Shown here piece by piece: positions 60,027 to 64,000 of a DNA stretch of 64,000 nucleotides. The DNA comes from a virus. Taxonomy: Duplodnaviria > Caudoviricetes. Position 1 is the stretch's first letter. Each line of letters opens with the position of its first letter. The stretch lies in the IMG/VR virus record IMGVR_UViG_3300028048_000085, positions 1 to 64,000 of that record; one strand, 5' to 3'. The position numbers and the translations under genes are program-made. Under the pieces are notes generated by a model. That model searched no databases. It saw nothing but the letters and a program-made list of their open reading frames with translations, and had not been told where the DNA came from.

Positions 60027-60655
60027 TGACAAGAGAAGGATTAATAAATTATGGAGAAATGTTCCTTGAAGTGAACAATGATTCGAAAAATAGTAACACA
60101 TATGAATTTATTGAAGAGGCACTCAAATTATTCAAACAGGATTCTGTTCTCGTTAAGATAAAATCCGAGATAAAAGAATGGTATTGGCAAGCTGATAAAC
60201 AAGCATTAGCAGGAGACCCTTGCGTGGTTGATGGTATGATTGACTTGTTTATCCGAACTATCAACAAGTATGAGAAAGGAACCCCGATTAAACACTGTGA
60301 AAAAGCAGTGAGTGTGCAAGATTGCATCAATGCTATTGAAAATACAGATTGTGAATTATCTCCACAAGCATGGAAAGAAATTACAACCAGTATAATGTCT
60401 TTACCACCTGCAATACCCACACGCAAGAAAGGTAAGTGGATAAAAATAGGTGATAGAGGTTTTGGTGTATCTGACACTGTGATTTGTAAATGCTCTGAAT
60501 GTGAATATAAAACAGAATTTAGGGGAAAATTTGATGGACATGATCTTGTTATAGATCCGAAGCACGCTCATAAATATTGCCCTAGTTGTGGATTAGAGAT
60601 GGAGAATGCAGAACGAAATATATTTGGCAAATATAAGGAAATGGAGGTTGATTAA
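60026..60655 (+). CDS. Hypothetical protein with a C-terminal zinc ribbon
   Basis: GKWI...CSEC...YCPSCG..M. Confidence 0.65.
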   Translation: MTREGLINYGEMFLEVNNDSKNSNTYEFIEEALKLFKQDSVLVKIKSEIKEWYWQADKQALAGDPCVVDGMIDLFIRTINKYEKGTPIKHCEKAVSVQDCINAIENTDCELSPQAWKEITTSIMSLPPAIPTRKKGKWIKIGDRGFGVSDTVICKCSECEYKTEFRGKFDGHDLVIDPKHAHKYCPSCGLEMENAERNIFGKYKEMEVD

Positions 60656-60656
60656 T

Positions 60657-61376
60657 ATGGCTTTTAAATTTACAGAGGAGTCCCACATGCTTAATCAAGA
60701 AGAGATTGATAAGCTGTCTATCGATGATCAGCTTAGACATATTATGATAAACACTGGAAGCATATTATTAAGCACACGTATTGCTTATATATCTTGCTGG
60801 GAAGCTATGCGCAAATCAATCGACAAGTACATATCTCTACGTCCCAAAATAAATCAGCTATGCACAGATTTTGCAAATCTTTCAACAGAAGAGGTTATAT
60901 CAAATCTGGCGGATAAAGAAGATTATGATGGTTGTAAAGAAACTGTAAAGAGTCTCCAGAATATTATTGATAGATGTAAAGAGTTCATGGATGATTTGGA
61001 ACAGAATATGGGAAAGTATGTAGAGTTTACTGATCCAGAATATTATGTATTGATTGATAAAGTAACTATCTTTCTCAATACACAGAAAACATTTAGGGCC
61101 TATAGCAACAATATCGATGATATCAAAGATATAATTTTATCAAAATGGTTTGACAGGATAGATTCAATTATTGATTCTATATTAGATGAATCTGCAGATA
61201 GTAATTATAAAGAATTATTATTCACATATGAGCCCGATATCAAAGCAGACATTGAGAAATTACGGGATGATATTGAGGCAAAGATAGCAGAAGATGAAGA
61301 GCTTAATCCTGAGTTAAAGATGTCATCTTTGGTGCTCAAAACTATTAACAATTCAGCTAGGAGGTTAATTCTATGA
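60657..61376 (+). CDS. Hypothetical helical protein
   Basis: Start MAFK after GGAGG. Confidence 0.65.
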   Translation: MAFKFTEESHMLNQEEIDKLSIDDQLRHIMINTGSILLSTRIAYISCWEAMRKSIDKYISLRPKINQLCTDFANLSTEEVISNLADKEDYDGCKETVKSLQNIIDRCKEFMDDLEQNMGKYVEFTDPEYYVLIDKVTIFLNTQKTFRAYSNNIDDIKDIILSKWFDRIDSIIDSILDESADSNYKELLFTYEPDIKADIEKLRDDIEAKIAEDEELNPELKMSSLVLKTINNSARRLIL

Positions 61377-62308
61377 CAGGAACACAGGTTATTACTACGG
61401 TTAAAAGAGACGATATTCCAGAATATTTTTCTAATATTTCACAGTACTTATTCTCAGTTTATGATCCAGATATGCGTATTAAGATGCGTAAGTATAATAT
61501 TATCAACGATAATCTGGTATCTGCTACAACATATTATCTCAAGTTATCTGATGATTTGAACTCTATCATTGTTAGTGCAAAAGCACCTAATACAGAAGAG
61601 AATAATGCTGGTTATAGACACAACGATTTAGACGTTACATATAACTCTAAGATTGTTGCTATAGATGCTACAGATGTGAATAATAATATGATAGTTCCAC
61701 CTACATATTATACATGTAACCATAAATTATCAATGAAGATTTTTATACCAATCACTTTTGGAAAATCTAGTGGCGCACAAAATCTGAAGCTTTCACTGAA
61801 TAGTGTATTTTCTACATCAGTGTCTGATACTATTGAACGAGTGAAGTCAGAGTTCTCCGGTAATATTAAATATGGACAATGGGATTTACATCCTGATAAG
61901 ACATATAGTCTGTATATACTGCTTCCTAATTCTAAGACAGTACCAGTTGTACGATTAACAGATGATGAAGTACGATTAGAAGATCTGATCAATCCGGAAT
62001 ATGATGATGATCATGTATTATACAGCAATTATCTGGAAGAATATGAGGTATCTCAGGAGAAGACAAGAGTTGTTCCCGCAAGAGCAGTTACCAATATAAC
62101 ATTCGATGCAAAGAATCGTATGCAGAATGAGTTGAATGTCAAGTATGATAATATGCTCAAAATGTTAGAGAAGCAGCAGAAGCAGATGGTAACTACGGAT
62201 AAGGAATCTATTGATGTCAAAGTTGATCTCTCAAAGAAAAATGGAAATGGTCAGACTATTGCATTAGAACCAGGAGCAGTTATCATGCCAGGTGATAAGT
62301 TTTGTTAA
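61373..62308 (+). CDS. Hypothetical protein
   Basis: Coupled ORF with AGGAGG. Confidence 0.65.
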   Translation: MTGTQVITTVKRDDIPEYFSNISQYLFSVYDPDMRIKMRKYNIINDNLVSATTYYLKLSDDLNSIIVSAKAPNTEENNAGYRHNDLDVTYNSKIVAIDATDVNNNMIVPPTYYTCNHKLSMKIFIPITFGKSSGAQNLKLSLNSVFSTSVSDTIERVKSEFSGNIKYGQWDLHPDKTYSLYILLPNSKTVPVVRLTDDEVRLEDLINPEYDDDHVLYSNYLEEYEVSQEKTRVVPARAVTNITFDAKNRMQNELNVKYDNMLKMLEKQQKQMVTTDKESIDVKVDLSKKNGNGQTIALEPGAVIMPGDKFC

Positions 62309-62318
62309 GGAGTAAATA

Positions 62319-62990
62319 ATGTACGAATATGAGCAGTTCTATAACCCATATACATTAAACATATTTTCTGATGCTTCGATGTTAAATGAGAAGCATCAGA
62401 GTATTGGTGGATGTTATGGAGCAATTGCTGTTACTGAAGATCGTGTAATAGAATCTGTATATAAATTTGCAAAAGGTGCTACAAATAACAATTGTGAGAT
62501 AAAAGGTTTAAGATCCGCTTTACGTTTAGCAAATCGTTATAAGAATAATTTCAGAGTCATTAATATATTTAGTGACTCTGATATATCTATATCGGGTTTA
62601 ACAACGTATATCCACAGTTGGAAATATGTGGCAGAAGAGCAGATGTTATATACTAAGACAACAAATAAACCCGCTGCTAATCAGGAAGTATTTATTGAAG
62701 CTTTTCATCTATTGGACCATATGATCAAATCTGGATATAATATTAATATCTATCATATAAAGGGTCATACGGACAACTCACCTAATAGTATACAGAAGGC
62801 AACAATAACATTTTGCAAGCTGAACAATATACCTAGAGGTGTTAAAGTTGATATTAATCTGATTGCTTATCTTTGTACTTACAATAACTTGGTAGACTAT
62901 CGATCTAGGGCATTACTAGCAGCTGTTGATTTCAATACACAGAATTATCAAGATCCAATATCATTTTTTGCAACTAGTAGCATTGATTAA
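62319..62990 (+). CDS. rnhA: Ribonuclease HI
   Basis: IFSDAS, TNNNCEI, IFSDS, HIKGH, N..VD motifs. Confidence 0.88.
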   Translation: MYEYEQFYNPYTLNIFSDASMLNEKHQSIGGCYGAIAVTEDRVIESVYKFAKGATNNNCEIKGLRSALRLANRYKNNFRVINIFSDSDISISGLTTYIHSWKYVAEEQMLYTKTTNKPAANQEVFIEAFHLLDHMIKSGYNINIYHIKGHTDNSPNSIQKATITFCKLNNIPRGVKVDINLIAYLCTYNNLVDYRSRALLAAVDFNTQNYQDPISFFATSSID

Positions 62991-63051
62991 TTTTCAAATT
63001 AATCATATACTATATACTTGATACAATGGTTAATACTTAAGGAGGTTATTT

Positions 63052-63969
63052 ATGAACAATATTAATTACTTAGAGCAGATTGCTCCAATCACGTACAATG
63101 TCAATGCTGATGGCAAACCTGTTAAGACACGTGAACACAATGAATTATTTACAACTGGGTACGATCTTGATGTATTAGGACACGAGGAGAGATCCACTAT
63201 CTATGACGAAATAATATCAAGAGGACTTGGATCCGCTTCTCTGAATTCGTTTCGTCAAGGTGTTGAGTATGATTCTAAACGTAATAAGTTATTTCAGATT
63301 CGAGAATATGTAGCACTTAATGTGACTGATCTGGTAAACTATAAGATGATTCAGTTCATGCAGGATGCTTTTGAGGTTCCTACAGGATTAACAGCTCAGG
63401 ACTTAACTTATCTTCGCAATGCTGTTAACAAGTACTTTGATGAGATAATATTTAGAGCGGCATACCCTGACCTTACGGCTGAGATTAATACAGATCCTAA
63501 TAAGCCGGAAGTCTTACCAGAGATAGTTCGATTCGATTTGTTACTTGAAAGAGTCATTGATACCAGTGTTACGGATATCTTTGAGAATAGAATTCTCTTA
63601 TATGTAAATTTTCCAAATCGACCAGATGGATATGCACAGATGTATGGTGATAGTGATTTTAACACAGAGGTTCGTCATCTTATGTTATCTTATCCATTGG
63701 AAGAGGATATGATTAATGCAGTATTAGAGAATCCTTTAAACCGGTATACGTATATGACTGGAGTATTACGTGATATGGCTAGTTCATGTATTGTGGATTT
63801 ATCTTATGCTTTTAAGCAGGTTGCTGCGACAGCAGCTAAGATGTTAGATCTTAACAATGTAAGCTATGCAGGCAACACGATCAAACATCAGCTTTCTGCT
63901 GGTAAAGATGCAGACTTATTGAAGCAGATTAAAGCAGATTATTTCACAGAAGATGATAAAAACGAGTAA
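63052..63969 (+). CDS. Hypothetical protein
   Basis: AGGAGG RBS; upstream ATATACTATA-N4-TGA motif. Confidence 0.7.
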   Translation: MNNINYLEQIAPITYNVNADGKPVKTREHNELFTTGYDLDVLGHEERSTIYDEIISRGLGSASLNSFRQGVEYDSKRNKLFQIREYVALNVTDLVNYKMIQFMQDAFEVPTGLTAQDLTYLRNAVNKYFDEIIFRAAYPDLTAEINTDPNKPEVLPEIVRFDLLLERVIDTSVTDIFENRILLYVNFPNRPDGYAQMYGDSDFNTEVRHLMLSYPLEEDMINAVLENPLNRYTYMTGVLRDMASSCIVDLSYAFKQVAATAAKMLDLNNVSYAGNTIKHQLSAGKDADLLKQIKADYFTEDDKNE

Positions 63970-64000
63970 AGAAAAGAGGTATAAACAATGATAGGGTATA

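Noticed and set aside
231-63665. Numerous short antisense or overlapping ORFs in the supplied track (for example 18161..18862, 28318..28839, 60049..60477)
   Set aside because: They overlap better-supported genes on the other strand or frame and lack RBS or motifs
1-64000. Stop-codon reassignment explaining the broken genes
   Set aside because: Core genes are long and intact under the standard code; breaks are explained by introns or poly-G tracts
1-64000. tRNA, rRNA, integrase, transposase, reverse transcriptase or Nop-domain Tas genes
   Set aside because: No supporting motifs recognised by eye; absence needs confirmation with tRNA and profile searches

Overview
AT-rich 64-kb segment of a jumbo myophage of the phiKZ/AR9(PBS1)-like type, probably infecting a Bacillota (Clostridia-like) host; the lineage and host are inferred from gene content and AGGAGG ribosome-binding sites. 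Core genes: PIN-PhoH, tail-fibre-like proteins, terminase large subunit, portal, tail sheath and tube, NlpC/P60 endolysin-like protein, guanylate kinase, a split family-B DNA polymerase interrupted by a group I intron, a multisubunit RNA polymerase beta-prime subunit interrupted by a group I intron carrying an HNH homing endonuclease, ThyX-like and RNase H genes. Four accessory systems stand out. (1) About 77 units of a non-coding 36-37 bp dual-repeat/dual-spacer array (48.3-51.7 kb) with TIGR (tandem interspaced guide RNA)-like geometry. It lies behind a candidate phage promoter and is split by a 181-aa ORF in which I cannot see a Nop/Tas domain. (2) A bank of small paralogous variable cassettes (3.1-11.2 kb) with conserved arms, an inverted duplication, and six poly-G tracts at codon ~10 that put four of the six genes out of frame. 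(3) Two DGR-type variable regions 46 kb apart whose template and reverse transcriptase are not in the window. (4) A small anti-defence cluster with a Tad1 and a Tad2-like protein. All calls come from reading the sequence; no database searches were run.
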